From Octopus sinensis (Eukaryota): 64,000 nt of DNA. Numbering within the stretch: the first letter of the stretch is position 1; the number at the start of each line of letters is the position of its first letter. The translations under genes and the position numbers were made by a program. Positions 37,349 to 51,251 of this stretch are shown here, one piece after another. The notes below the pieces were generated by a model that saw nothing but the letters and a program-made list of their open reading frames with translations, was not told the DNA's origin and searched no databases. The stretch covers positions 163,866,001-163,930,000 of the forward strand of contig NC_043000.1 of the NCBI RefSeq assembly GCF_006345805.1, written 5' to 3'.

Positions 37349-38914
37349 GTGGCGCGGAATGTATATAACTTAATTTGTTATAAAACATTAACAACCGTAT
37401 ATCAAAGACGAAAACAAAGCAACCTGAATGTGCAAAGTAAAGAACGTAGGTTTAACAAATACAGTTTAAAGATTATAAAGAAAGTTTTCGCACTGAAATC
37501 TACATATTTCTCGCACTAAATATGGTTAAGACTTGAAGATCTAATATATTTCTAACATACGCTCAATAACTTTTACTACTACGGTACTTCTTTGCATACA
37601 GTCAACAACAAACTTTACATTATTTTACAAGAAATAAAACTTCAATAAGCACCATACGAAATATTCAGGCCAGTTCTCATGAAAAAGAGTTATAACCAAA
37701 AGTGTGGCAATCATTAGCATTTACGTGTTTGTATGTATTGTATCTTTTACTGATATTATGTATCTAATACCGCATAAATCTAATCCACTCTTTGAGTTCA
37801 TTCTTTTCTTTTTTTTAATGGGAGTCAGGATCTGATATTGATAAGTTGCTGCTATTTCTAGCAGGGCGTGCGATCACAGTGTGACTTCTGTATTGAGGAA
37901 AGCTAATAGAAACGTGGACAAAATTCCTTGTAGAGGTAAATTTATTATATCTAAGTTCTAATTTCTCTGGGACTGACTCTAATTTTATTTTTCATTTCCT
38001 CTGAGATGGTTAAATTCAACACAAGTTGATCACATTGACTCTGCCCACCTCCTTCACTCTAAAATGTGTTCCCTTGTATCAAGGTAGACATAGAAATCAT
38101 TTATATATGTAGAATAATAGCAAGCAAAAGAAACTACACGATTCTTTTATTTCTAAAAGAAGAAAAATCTGTTAATATACGTTGATTAAATTTACATGTG
38201 GCTGTTACGGCTACCTGTTCAGGTATGTAAGAGACTGTTTACGAATGTGACAATGAGAGAGGTTTGCGAATGTTTACGTTTATATGTTTAATTATATATA
38301 TATATATACTACATATATATACTGCATATATATACATACATATACATAAATACATATATACATATGTGTGTGTATGTGTCTGTGTGTCTGTGTGTAAACA
38401 TGACACGCGCATCTATAATAAATTGTATGTGTATATATACACACACACACTCATGCACACATACACATATATATAGGTGCGTATTTGTGTATGTAAAGGA
38501 GAACTGCGTATGATAATGTGAGTTGTTTGTGTCTTTGAGTTTACATATATACATATATATGTGTGTGTGTATACATATATACATGAGTATGCATGTATGT
38601 GTGTGTGTATGTATGTATATATGTGTCATATACAGTTACATCTTTATTTATTAAAGGTTGGGGAAGTTTTAAGTTGCATGCCATCGTTATTTATATAGCT
38701 GTATGTATCTATGCATGTAAGTATGTACGTGTATTCATGTGCATGCGTATGTATGAGTATATATATATATATGTTTCTATATATGTATGTAAGCATATAT
38801 TTGTTTATGTATGTGTGTGTGAGTGTGCCTTTACACAAAAAGTTCAAGGTTAACAGAGAGGATAATAGTAGAAGCAGTAGTTCTAGTGTTGGAAAGAATA
38901 AAATTGCTGAGACT

Positions 38915-38953
<39 letters not shown>

Positions 38954-39242
38954 TAGTAGTGGGGGGAGCGGTGGCGGTGGTGGTGGTGGTAGTGTTAGCA
39001 GTAGTAGTGGTAGGGGTGGCGGTAGTAGTAGCAGGACGGGCAGGTGAGGTTGTGAATGTGATAGGTAGTGTAGAAGTTATACTGGTGGTGGTGATGGTAA
39101 TGGTGAAAATGAATGAGAGGGGATGGTGCTGATGTAGTAGTAGTAGGAGGAGGAGGGGGAGGAGGAGAAGGAGTTGTAGTAGTAGTAGTAGTAGTGCTGG
39201 TGGTGGTGGTGGTGGTGGTGGTAGTAGTAGTAGTAAAGTGTG

Positions 39243-39524
39243 TGCACGGCCTGAGTGGTCAGGCCATGCGCTCTCACGATCGCGAGATCGTGGTTTCAAT
39301 TCCTAGATCGCGTGGTGCCTTGTATTCTAAGGTTGCCTGCGATCGCTTCGACACCTGACGTGTGGTCCACCGGGCAACCTGTTCAGGCAACGTCGATTTT
39401 CATGCAGAGAGTGAGGTAACGTGCAGCACCTACATTTGATCGCTATAAACAAATCATTTGTGCAGTTTTTTCAGCAAGAAATTGAAGAAAACTATCTTTC
39501 TCGATCTACGAGAGACAGCCATCC
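39243..39524 (+). mobile_element. tRNA-derived SINE (family E) between (TAG)/(TGG) triplet tracts
   Basis: A-box-like GGCCTGAGTGG and B-box-like GGTTTCAATTCC, with (GTA)n on both flanks. Confidence 0.6.
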
Positions 39525-40135
39525 AGTAGTAGTAATAGTAGTAGTAGTAGTTGTTGTTGTTGTTGGTGGTGGTGGTGGTGGTATTGTCCTATAATGCAAA
39601 AACTCATCCCACTAACAAATATTGATTTCAAATTTTGGCACAAGGCCAGCTATTTCCGGAAAGGGAATAAGTCGATTACATCGACTAAAGTGCTCAATGT
39701 CGATGGAATTTGAGCCATAACATAAAGACAAACTAAAGCCTGCTTAGCATTTTGCCCGGCGTGCTAACGATTCAGCCAGCTCGCCGCTTTCCCACTGACA
39801 AATATTCACTCCCAAGCATGAAGATATTTTTCAGTGGATTAATTTTTTTATTTTTTAAAACTATCTCTCCTATTATTTGATAGTACAGGCAAAGAAACAC
39901 ACACTGGATAATATAATTCTAAGATTATTTTGTTTTTATGTAAGATGTTCGGGTCACGAACGACCTTGATTATAAACCTGCTGAATCGAGAAAGTTATAG
40001 AGCAAATATTGTGTCTTCTATAGCATTGACCATGTTCTCATGTTATGTATCTATGTTCACGATCCCATGTTTTATATTCACATTCATGTTCTTACGAAAT
40101 ATACCACGAAACTGTTGTAATATCTAACTCAGATG

Positions 40136-41222
40136 AGGCGGCGAGTTGGCAGAATCGTTAGTACGCCGGGCAAAATGCTTAGCGGTATTTCGCCCGTTGC
40201 TACATTCTGAGTTCAAATACCGCCGAGGTCGACTTCGCCTTTCATCCTTTCGGGGTCGATAAATTAAATACCAGTTGCGTATTGGCGCCGATCTAATCGA
40301 CTGGACCCCTCCCCAAAAGTTTCGGGCCTTGTGCCTAGAGTAGAAAAGAATATTTTAAGGCGGTGAGCTGGCAGAAACGCTAGCACGCTGGGCGAGATGC
40401 TTACCAGTATTTCGTCTGTCGCTACGTTCTGAGTTCAAATTCCGCCGAGGTCGACTCTGTCTTTCATCCTTTCGGGGTCGATTAAATAAGTACCAGTTAC
40501 GCACTGGATTCGATATAATCGACTTAATCCGTCTGTCTGTCCCTGTTTGTCCCCTCTGTGTTTAGCCCCTTGTGGGTAGTAAAGAAATAGGTATTTCGCC
40601 CTTTTGCTACACTCTGAGTTCAAATTCCACCGAGGTCGACTTTGCCTTTCATCCCTTCGGGGTTGATAAATTAAGTACCAGTTGCGTACTGGGGTCGATC
40701 TAATCGACAGGTCCCCTCCCCAAAAGTTTCGGGCCTTGTGCCTAAAGTAGAAAAGAATATTTAAAGGCGGCGAGCTGGCAGAAACGTTAAGACGCCGGGC
40801 GAAATGCTTAGCGGTATTTCACATCTTTTCGTTCTAAGTTCAGATTCCGCCGAGGTCGACTTTGCCTTTTATCCTTTCGGGGTCGATAAATTAAGTACCT
40901 ATTTCTTTACTACCCACAAGGGGCTTAACACAGAGGGGACAAACAAGGACAGACAAACGGATTAAGTCGATTACATCGACCCCAGTGCGTAACTAGTACT
41001 TAATTTATCGACCCCGAAAGGATGAAAGGCAAAGTTGACCTCGGCGGAATTTGAACTCAGAACGCAGCGGTGGACGAAATACCGCAAAGCATTTCGCCCG
41101 GCGTGCTAAAGTTAAGGCTCGCCGCCTTAATAAATTAAGTACCAGTCGCGTACTGGGGTTCATCTAATCGACTGGCGCCCTCCCCAAAAATTTTGGGCTT
41201 TGTGCCTAGAGTAGAAAACAAT
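40136..41222. mobile_element. Cluster of five Nin/Deu-like SINE units, including a nested antisense insertion
   Basis: Order is A(+), B(+), headless A(+), then an A(+) interrupted by B(-) at 40900-41129. The TSD ATAAATTAAGTACC is at 40886-40899 and 41130-41143. Confidence 0.9.
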
Positions 41223-43213
41223 ATGTAACTCAGATAGTGAGTGATTTACGGAATGATGTACTTAGAAGATTTCTCAGTAAATTGAAGTTTGCGTTTTAGT
41301 TGGAAAGAAAAATACATAAGTATAACAGCAACTTATAGCGATCTGAAAGAAAAGGAAAGGCAATTTCAAACAACTAAAAATTAATTTTACAAAACTAACA
41401 TCGCGAGAGATGGAAATGAGCTCCTCACAAACTATTCTTTAGTTTGTGATAAGAAGGGATACACACCCAGGAAAGTTAGTTTGAGATTATATTAGATTAT
41501 CAAACTTTTGGGATTATTAGGGAGATTATAGCACTAAATAGTCTTTTCTGACAATTTACAAACTCACAGCTAACGCATTTTTCGGTTATTTGATCGATTT
41601 ACCAGGAACAGTTCACTTCTCAACATTTTCATAAGAAAAACCAAAAAGAAAAACTGCGTGTGAGTACTCGATCTGCAAGAAATGGCACGTAAATTACCCT
41701 CAGATCACATCTTACCGTCATATATAAGAAAAAAACACATTGGACAATTCTCGAAATACAAATTTGACAGGATGTTCAAAGCTGGAATTTCTTTCCTTTT
41801 TAATCATAGGTCTACCCTACTAAGAGGATAGAGAAATTGTGCTGACTATCAAAGTAGTAGCCGTTGTTTTTATTTTTATTTTAATTCCAAATAAGTTTAT
41901 CAGCAGTACTATAGTACACCATACTATACTATACTGCATAGTGTGATAGATAATAATATATAGTTGTAAATAATGAATGCATTCTGTGGGTAGCCGGTGC
42001 TAATTCTCCACCGAGATAGAAAGAGACTGGATGATTCTAGTTTTAAGATTTACTACTCATGTCTGAAAACTATTCAAATATTATTAGATCAGCAGACTAC
42101 CTTCAGCTGTCTTTCTATTAACTTTTCTCGTTGTTTAAATGTTAAAAGTGAAGGATGAGGAACTGCAATTCTCACTTAATCTTATCACCTCTCCTCGCCG
42201 AAAAGAAAGCGAGAAGACAGCAGGTGGTTTTGTTGTTTTAGTTTTGTTTTCTTTTGCTTTTGTTTTTATTATGCTCAAAAGGTGACAGACAAAAATGTTT
42301 GTGTGTCGATATTCGTGTGTGTATATAGGTGTATGTTTATTTCTATGTATAAGGTGAAGTCTGCGCGGTTGTATGTGTGTTTATGTGTGTGTATGCGCAT
42401 ATGGTTTGTGTGGGTGCGAGTGTGTCTTCATGTGTGCGTTTCTGTCAGCGCGTGTGAAATATTTAGCGTAATCTTCATATCCTTCGTTCCTCGATAAAGA
42501 GATTTCGAGAACTTAAAGTGTAAAACTATCGGAAGGAAGATATAGCACCTTAATATTTGCTGCGTAGAGTGAAACCACCTGAGACCACAACATGTGCAAG
42601 AAACCTACTTTCAATAGTGGAAAAAAAAACAACAGCAAAAAGCAAGAAAACAAAGATGTTACAATTATGAGCAACCATTCGTCTTTACTGTACAAAACTT
42701 CGAGACACCGATTGCGAAAGAGGTTTTACTGTGTGTGAAAATGCAAGCTTTTAAATTATATCTTCTTGGTGAATCATATCTTGCCATATACCTTCCCAAA
42801 ATAATCCTACATTTTATATCTACATAAACTGTTATTCGCTGATCAAGCAAGTTTGAATGAGTAGCCTATGCTTCTCCGAAAGCTCTAGCAACACCAAAAC
42901 TTATACGTAGTTATCACCTAGTTTTGGTAATGAAAATCAGTTTTTCTGCTAAGCATGAAAATTAAAATTTCTGTAAAACTAGTACTCAGTTTCTTGAAAT
43001 CATTTCCTCTTTTTTTCCGAGAGACCTGGACAATTGCCGCTAGGTTTATGTTTTCTTTCGCTAGAAGACAAATTCCAGTTCATTGAGAAATTTCGTGCAC
43101 ATCATTCAATGCAACTCTACCTAATAGTTTAGTTTATGGGAATATATATAAACTCGGAGTTTTATCATGGCTACCGAATAATTTTCACATATTCCATTTA
43201 CAGATATATATAT

Positions 43214-43259
<46 letters not shown>

Positions 43260-43356
43260 ATATATAATATATACATATATATATATATATAAAGATGAAA
43301 TGAAAAAATGAAAAATGAAATATAAGGTTATATATATAAAGATATATATACACACG

Positions 43357-43386
<30 letters not shown>

Positions 43387-43388
<2 letters not shown>

Positions 43389-43973
43389 CTGTTGTCCACT
43401 GTGGTCTCCCCACACAATACAAGGTATCATAAAAGTTGAAGCACCTCAAAGGGCAATCACAAAAAAGATAGATGGCATGACAGGCCTCGACTATTGGGGT
43501 CGGCTAGAAAAGCTAAAACTCTATTCTCTCCAACGTCGTCATGAACGCTACATCGTCTGCATGATGTGGAAAATATTCCATCAGCATTGCCCAAATGATG
43601 TTGGCATCACCTTTAAGGTACATCCAAGGCTTGGGCCCCGTGCCATCCGCCCAAAACAAAAATCGCACTCTCATCTCATAACAACAATACGGCACAATTA
43701 TTTCACCTCAATTGGCCCCGCTCTCTTTAACATTACACCAAAACACATTAAAACAGAAACTGACCCTATAGGGTTCAAGAAGTCTTTGGACAGATTCCTT
43801 CAAGAAATCCCGGATAAACCCCCTACACCTGGATATGTCTCTGTAAACAATAACTCTCTACTTGAGTGGGCCATAGTGCCCAAATTCTGACTTGAAAGAC
43901 TTCACCAGGTGGTGCTATTAAGTTAGACATGGCCTGGGCCAATAATGGCCGAAACCTATCAAAGTATCAAAGT
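43387..43973 (+). mobile_element. 5'-truncated CR1-like LINE (ORF2 C-terminus plus 3'UTR)
   Basis: Open frame YCCPLWSPH...EAPQRAITKKIDGM..LDYWGRLEKLKLYSLQRRHERY...FKKSLDRFLQEIPDKP, stop at 43890. The tail is (ATCAAAGT)2 and (TA)n lies on both sides. Confidence 0.9.
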
Positions 43974-44064
43974 ATATATATATATATATATATATATATG
44001 TAAAGATATATGTATATATATATATATGTATGTATGTATATATGTGTATATATGTGTATATATA

Positions 44065-44120
<56 letters not shown>

Positions 44121-44132
44121 TATATATATATA

Positions 44133-45447
44133 CAGGGGTTGGACAAAATAATGGAGACAGCTTAAAATTTCAAACAAATTTATTTTAATATGGAGTAGGA
44201 CCGCTTTTGGCAGTAATTACAGCTTGAATTCTACGAGGTATGGACTCGTACAAAGTCTGAATTGTTTCCAAAGGAATTTTTGTCCATTCTTCAGCTAAAA
44301 CAGTCTTTAGTTCTTGTAGTGATAATGGTGGAGGATATCGACTCCTTACTTGTTTTACTAAAATGCACCGTAAATGTTCGATAATTTTGAGATCTGGGGA
44401 CTGTGGTGGCCAGGTAAGATGTTCAACTTCACTAGAATGCTCCTCATGCCATTCATTAACAACTTTAGCTGTGTAAATTGGTGCATTATCATCCAAACGA
44501 TTGCGTTTCCACCCGGAAACAGTTCTGCAACCATAGAATGAATTTGATCAGATAAAATGCTTAAATAGTCTTTTCTATTAATTCTGCCATGAAGGCAAAC
44601 CATTAGGCTGGCGGATTTCCAAGATATAGCCCCACCACCACCACCACCACCACCACCACCACCACCACCACCACCATATCACTGATCCTCCTCCACGTTT
44701 AGCAGTTCGAAGAAGGCAGTCTGGGTTGGGTCAAATGTTTTTTTTGGCTGTCTCCGCACGTATACTCGGCCGGTGGTCGAAAATAGGGTAAAGGATGGCT
44801 CGTCCGAGAAAATAACATTCTTCCACTGCTCTAAGGGCCAATTCCGTAGGTTTTTTCTCCACTCTAAACGCTTTGCAACGTTTGTTTTTGAAAGTAGCCG
44901 GTTTCTGATTGCAGCCCTCCCGTGAAATCCGGCTTTGTGCTGCTCCCGGCGAACAGTTTTTGTGGAAACTGGGTTCTCGAGGTGGTCATTAAGCTCTGCA
45001 GGAATTTTGGGAGCTGTACTTTTGTGATCCTTTCTAACAATTCGCGTAAGAGACCGACGATCCCTACCTGAAAGTTTTAGCTTTCTTCCGGAGTTATGTT
45101 TCGACGAGGAGGTTTTTCCCTCTTTCTCAAAGGCTGTCAGTACTTTCGAGACAGTACTTCTTGATACACGAAACATTTCGGCTGTTTTCGTTACGCTAGC
45201 GCCTGCCATACAAGCACCAACAATTTGACCTCTTTGAAAGTCCGATAGATCTGTCATTTTAATGAATTTTAATTACCTTTTTCTAATGATAACTGAAAAG
45301 AAACAGTAATTTCAGCAAGCCATATTAAGCAACACTAATAATGAATAAAAAAAACATAAATATAAACAAGCATTTGACGGTTTTATAGATATTTCAAAAT
45401 TATGATACTATGAGGCTTGGTGCTTCTATTATTTTGTCCAACCCCTG
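44133..45447 (-). mobile_element. Full-length Tc1-family DNA transposon with disrupted transposase
   Basis: TIRs CAGGGGTTGGACAAAATAAT and ATTATTTTGTCCAACCCCTG with TA TSDs. Translated pieces include MTDLSDFQRGQIVGA (HTH), VIFSDE, MDDNAPIY and WPPQSPDLKIIEH. It has frameshifts and a (CCA)15 tract. Confidence 0.95.
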
Positions 45448-45578
45448 TATATATATACAGGGTGATTAATGCACACTAGGTATAAAAGTAATGACTTCTT
45501 TTAATATAAAAACAAAGATATATATACATACAGATAAATGATGTAAGGTGGAATTAAAAAGTATAAAAATCATTTCGT

Positions 45579-45641
45579 GAGTCAACATAGAAAGTCAGTG
45601 AAGAGCGAGGACGAAACCGGTATGACTTTCTATATTGACTC
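45579..45641 (+). ncRNA. Minimal hammerhead-like motif with long stem I, C3G variant
   Basis: GAGTCAACATAGAAAGTCA-GTGAAGA-GCGAGGAC-GAAA-CCGG-TA-TGACTTTCTATATTGACTC. Stem I pairs 18 of 19 bp. Confidence 0.55.
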
Positions 45642-45671
45642 ATGATACTTTCCCCCATATATATATATATA

Positions 45672-45833
45672 GGCGCAGGAGTGGCTGTGTGGTAAGTAGC
45701 TTGCTAACCAACCTCATGGTTCCGGGTTCAGTCCCACTGCGTGGCATCTTGGGCAAGTGTCTTCTGCTATAGCCCCGGGCCGACCAATGCCTTGTGAGTG
45801 GATTTGGTAGACGGAAACTGAAAGAAGCCTGTC

Positions 45834-45895
<62 letters not shown>

Positions 45896-46113
45896 ATGTG
45901 TGTGTTTGTATGTCTGTGTTTGTGCCCCTAGCATTGCTTGACAACCGATGCTGGTGTCTTTACGTCCCTGTCACTTAGCGGTTCGGCAAAAGAGACCGAT
46001 AGAATAAGTACTGGGCTTACAAAGAATAAGTACCGGGGTCGATTTGCTCGACTAAAGGCGGTGATCCAGCATGGCCGCAGTCAAATGACTGAAACAAGTA
46101 AAAGAGTAAAAGA
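45672..46113 (+). mobile_element. SINE family C, near full length
   Basis: GGCGCAGGAGTGGCTGTGTGG head, internal (TA)n, and the tail GACTGAAACAAGTAAAAGAGTAAAAGAG. Confidence 0.9.
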
Positions 46114-47709
46114 GAAAAGAGAGTATATATATATATATTGCCATGAATATATGAATATACACATTACTTAGTAAATATTAAAGAAATTATTTGCGATAAT
46201 GATATTCCGAGGTCAACCGTGATTGAACAGACCTATAATCAAAAGCTTTTCCCTTGGTACTACATAACTTACATGTGGTCATCTAAGGCCACACCATCCA
46301 ATATTTCCTTTTACCTCGGTAAGATTCTCTATAACTAACACTGTATTGTCCAATGTGTCCTTCATTTAAGATGGTAAGCTGTGATTTGAGAACATTTAGC
46401 TGCTATTTCTACCACATTGAATGTTTAGCATTTATTACTAGGAGGAGAGCCAATGCAAGTAATCGGCAAGCTTTCCAAATGTAGTGAGATCGATACAGTT
46501 GTTGTTCAGCTTCGATTTCTGTAGGTTGATGCCTAGTGGAAAAACGTGCAAGGAAAATGAATTATCAAGGAATATCGATCGAGATGCTAGAGACTCCCTC
46601 AAATCATAGCATACTCTCTTAAAAAAGAGGAGATGCATTGACCAACGACGTCAACGATTGACAATAAAAGCGAAATAGTCATAACTGGAATACTTCTGAT
46701 CATAGGTATGGCTTGACAAGAACATATACAAAAAAGTGTAGTTCTAAGAGAAAGATTGGGAAAACTATATACTAAAACAATAATATAGGAAGAAAGTAGC
46801 AATATTCTGCGTTGAAAAATAGTAATTCAAATATTAGTTTAAACTGTGTTATATTTTTTAAGTCATGAGGATATGATACCTCATGTTAAGACATTTTTCT
46901 TGTCCCTCTATCAATCTGTATTTCTCTCTCTCTCTCCCTCTCACTTCACTTCTATCTCTCCCTCCCCTTGAAGACGGTCAGTTGTTCGAAACGCTAGACT
47001 TTCTTCTTTTTCATATAAAACGATGAAACGTATTCTACTGTTAGAAACATTTAATTGATAAAGTGTTTTGTGCGATGTCTGTAGGAATCAAATATAAAGA
47101 CTGACAAATGGAACCAAAAGGATGAAGTATCCATTGGTGTTTGCTGAGATGCTGTGTAGATTCTTAGTTCACAAGAGTAGTTTTCTGTATCATAATGATG
47201 AAAAAGACTAAGAGAAATAGCAACAGAGAGAGAAAACAGTGAAGATGGAGATTGTGATGTATGGTGAATTGGGGTGCAAGTTGCGCCGGTTGACTGACTC
47301 TTTTTTTTTTTAACGCGGTCTAAAATATCTGTGCAGTAAAATGCCCATCCATGATATATGAACAGTGGTACTCTAATGTAAGCCGCTCTTCAGTTTTGCA
47401 GGTGAACAGCAATTTGTTTAATGAAAGTTAAAGTATTTTCTGACTCTGAAAGAAATATTTAGTTTTAAGGATGCGATTTTGGCAGCACATATGCATGCTT
47501 GTTATTGATCAAGAGATATTGTGGGGCTTAAAGGGTTTGAGGAGCGTTCTCCTGGTAATCGTTCGTGTGGCGAATATTCTCGACGTCTCTGTTTGTGGAA
47601 GCAGTTGCAGTGCATATCTGGCGTGAACTGTTTATACTACATGGGTGATAATACTACATGGGTGATAATACATATGTGTGGAATATTAACGAACTATGAA
47701 ATGTCCTAG

Positions 47710-47905
47710 TTTTAAATTTTGTCACAAGGCCAGCAATTTCGAGGAAATGGGTAAGTCGGTTATATCGACCCCAGTGCTCAGCTGGCACTTGTTCTTATTT
47801 TATAGACCCTGAAAGGGTGAATGGCAAAGTCGACCCCAGCGGCATTTGAACTCAGAACGTAAATTTTGCAACGCGTACTAACAAAACTGCCAGCTCGCCG
47901 CATTA
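47710..47905 (-). mobile_element. Nin/Deu-like SINE copy with internal deletion
   Basis: Reverse complement has the head GCGGCGAGCTGGCAG and GAGTTCAAATGCCGC. Confidence 0.8.
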
Positions 47906-48875
47906 GGTCAATGAAATATATTAACATAAACGTTTGTGTGATTAGAAAGAAAATGAAAAACCATGTTATTTTATCACTGAGAAAGAAAAGATCGATGAAA
48001 TTAACTCAGTACTTAGGAGGGAAATACTAAATATCCTCTGGTATTTAATCCTACTAGCATCAATAATTTGATGATAATATTTTTCTGAATCACAACGATG
48101 CTCGAGGTCGGTGCATATCTCTGTTTTCCGTGATGTTACGTAAGTGAGGTCTTGGATATCACTTTTAACAACATCCAGGCATGAGGTCTTGGTTCGGGAG
48201 TTCCAGAGTTTTCAGCAGTAGGGAACAACCTCTTAGCCACCATTGTTCCCAGGTTTACTCCGACCTGCAGTAGTAGCATCTATCAGGGCCTCGGTTGTAG
48301 GTTGATTAGTAAGTCAGTCGGGTAGATGGAGCTCGTTGCTTGGATGGGAGGACAACCCATTTAGGGAAACCCTGATTTCAAACCTCTGCTATCTTGCGGC
48401 CATACAAAGTTTCGGGAGTAAACCCTGAGGAAAAACCAGGAGTCTGAGCCCCTAAGGTAGTTCGACGCTGTCTTCAACCTCTTACTCGTAACTTCTGCGA
48501 TGACACTGGTTCCAAATTGTAAAGGCCATACTGTTCCTTTGGATCCATTGGTGACGTGCATAGGTAACAACCTGTCCTCCATACCATTTCATACTGTCGA
48601 AGCTTGGATCTTAGCTGTGCCGGTGAGATATCAACTAAGATCTTCATCCATGGCTATTAATGACAATCAAAGAAGTAGATTAGATACACGCCTGTTCAAA
48701 GGTATAAAACTTGTCAGCTTTTAAAGAATTGAATTTAACTCTCTAAGCCAATGTATATCACTCGTGAATTATACTCTGATATCGTTACGCAAGATTAGCC
48801 ATGTTCGACTGTCAACAGTTATACGCCTTCGTTACTTCGATACAAACTGCCAGCCTATTGACTGCATCGTTAGTA

Positions 48876-49441
48876 TTGGGTTGTCCGGAAAGTTCGTGTC
48901 GATTTTTAAAGGAAAGAAAAAGGTCAATAAATACTTACCATTACATTTTTAATCAACCAAATATGAATCATTTTGTTGCACAATGTGTCTCTATCTTTCC
49001 TTTAACTTGAAAATACCCTCTTCCCAGAATTGAGGTGGTTTCATGGCAAAGAATTCATCAAGGTATCTGTTTACGTCATCCAAGGAATTGAAATTTTTAC
49101 CATTAAGACTATTCTGCAGAGACCTGAATAAGTGGAAATCCGAAGGAGCAAAATCTGGTGAATATGGAGGGTGGGGTAACACATCCCAGCCGAGCAGCAG
49201 CAATTTTTGTCTGGTTCCCAAAGCATCAAGTGCCGAAAATGAACTTTCTTATCTTCTATTTTAAAGGGTTATAGAATAAACACAGGTTATAGGAACATAA
49301 ATCTTCTTCCACGAAAAGATAGCCTAAACTGTGCTCTAAATGGAGGTGTAGACAAATCCTATTTTATGGACTCAACTAAGTTCTAAAATAAGTCGAAAGG
49401 TAAGCCACTATAAATCGGCACGAACTTTCCGGACATCCCAA
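48876..49441 (-). mobile_element. Internally deleted mariner with both TIRs
   Basis: 30-bp TIRs TTGGGTTGTCCGGAAAGTTCGTGTCGATTT and AAATCGGCACGAACTTTCCGGACATCCCAA with TA TSDs. It encodes the C-terminus LPHPPYSPDFAPSDFHLFRSL. Confidence 0.95.
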
Positions 49442-50316
49442 TACTTTACCGATTTTGTCTTCAATTCACCTGAGCTCAGAGCGCGATTACTGAATGACTA
49501 ATATTCCAGTCAGTCGCACGAAACCATATAAATCTGTAATACTAAGAACGATAGAGTCGATTGAATAGACACCAGCAGAAGAAAACAACTCTTCTATCAA
49601 ATTGAAATGCAAAACGGATCATAGCAGAATTTGAACACAGAATCTAAAACGAAGTATGAAACTGCATTCTATAAACCATCTGTTCTATAACATTGTCGTT
49701 TTAACAACTCACTCCCTAATCTACTGATTGTCTATTATTATTGACGACAGCAATAGTAGTTGGCGGAGAGATGTATATATGAAAATAATTCCTTTTTCTG
49801 TTTGCTCGACAACAATATTTTAGAATATCGTGGTACAGTTGATGCCTATATAGGTCTCCCAATATTTTTCTTTTCTTGGGTTTTAATAAATCCATTAAAA
49901 TTAATGGAAAATGGAGAAAATACTTGTTTTGAAGTAATTTTTTTAAGAAACTCTCTTGTCTAGGATATTATTTGATTATGAAGAACAGTGCTTTGAGGGG
50001 GAAAAAATGTAAATGAATAATGCTCCCAACACAATTTTCAAACATATATTCTCATACACACGCACACGCACACAAACACACATACACACAAACACACATG
50101 TGTATGCACACACATGAATGAATGCAAACATATTTATACACACGAACACTGTTAGTATGGCAGATAGTAAGACATTATAATATCCACAAGCATAAATTAA
50201 AAAAAAAAAGACACTAGCACACAAATATATGCATGCGCGTGTATATGTATATGTATGTAGATGAGCACAAAACAAAACTGGTACTAAGCATATAAAACGC
50301 ATTTATATATATACGT

Positions 50317-50357
<41 letters not shown>

Positions 50358-50715
50358 TATATATGATTATGTGTATATATACACATTCGTACATATATAT
50401 ATATAAATAAGCATGTAAGCTTGCACATGTGTATACATATAATATATATATATATACATAAATATATATTTACACACACAGACGCACACTCACGCACACT
50501 CATACATACTTACGTGTATATGCACGTGTGTATAGATACATGCATACATACACACCTCGCACCTATCCGAATAATGTATGCGTGTAAGCATTGTACCATT
50601 CCAGTAAGTATGTGTATATCATATATATATATATATATATATATGCTTAAACGCACAAATGCGTATGCACAACAAATACTAAACACACCTCACGCATGCG
50701 GACGCACACACATGC

Positions 50716-50754
<39 letters not shown>

Positions 50755-51202
50755 CATACTTACATTCGTATACCTCTGGGCATGATTTTATTCACACAGT
50801 CATGAATACATAACTATGAATACACACGCACAGTGTATATATTTCTGCACAGATAAATCACACACACTGATCGAGGTGCGCGTGAATGAATGCCTGTTTG
50901 GTTAAAGTAACGATAATATCGGAAATACTAGAAATTAATCAGTGAACAGAGAACAAGACAACGGGAGAAGTATAATGGTGTTTTTCAATAGCAAAAATGA
51001 TGGAAAAGGAGAAGTGGTAGTGGTAGTAGTAGTAGTAGTAGTGGTAGTAGTGGTGGTGGTGGTGGTGGTGGTAGTAGTAGTGGTGGTGGTGGTGGTGGTG
51101 GTGGTGGTGGTGATGGTGGTGGTGGTAGCGGTGGTGGTGGTAGTGGTGGTGGTGATGGTGGTGGTGGTAGCATTAGTAGCAGTAGTAACAGTAATTGCAG
51201 TT

Positions 51203-51251
<49 letters not shown>

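Noticed and set aside
45672-45745. tRNA genes at SINE heads
   Set aside because: A and B boxes are present, but there is no complete cloverleaf and each head continues into a repeated SINE body.
46430-46620. Complex-sequence stretch with splice-like signals on the minus strand
   Set aside because: The short open frames have no recognisable homology, so a CDS cannot be supported.
48150-48480. RTE-like 5'UTR fragment on the minus strand (TTTTCCTCAGGGTTTACTCCCG)
   Set aside because: The resemblance is from memory only and there is no attached ORF, so it is too weak to list as a feature.
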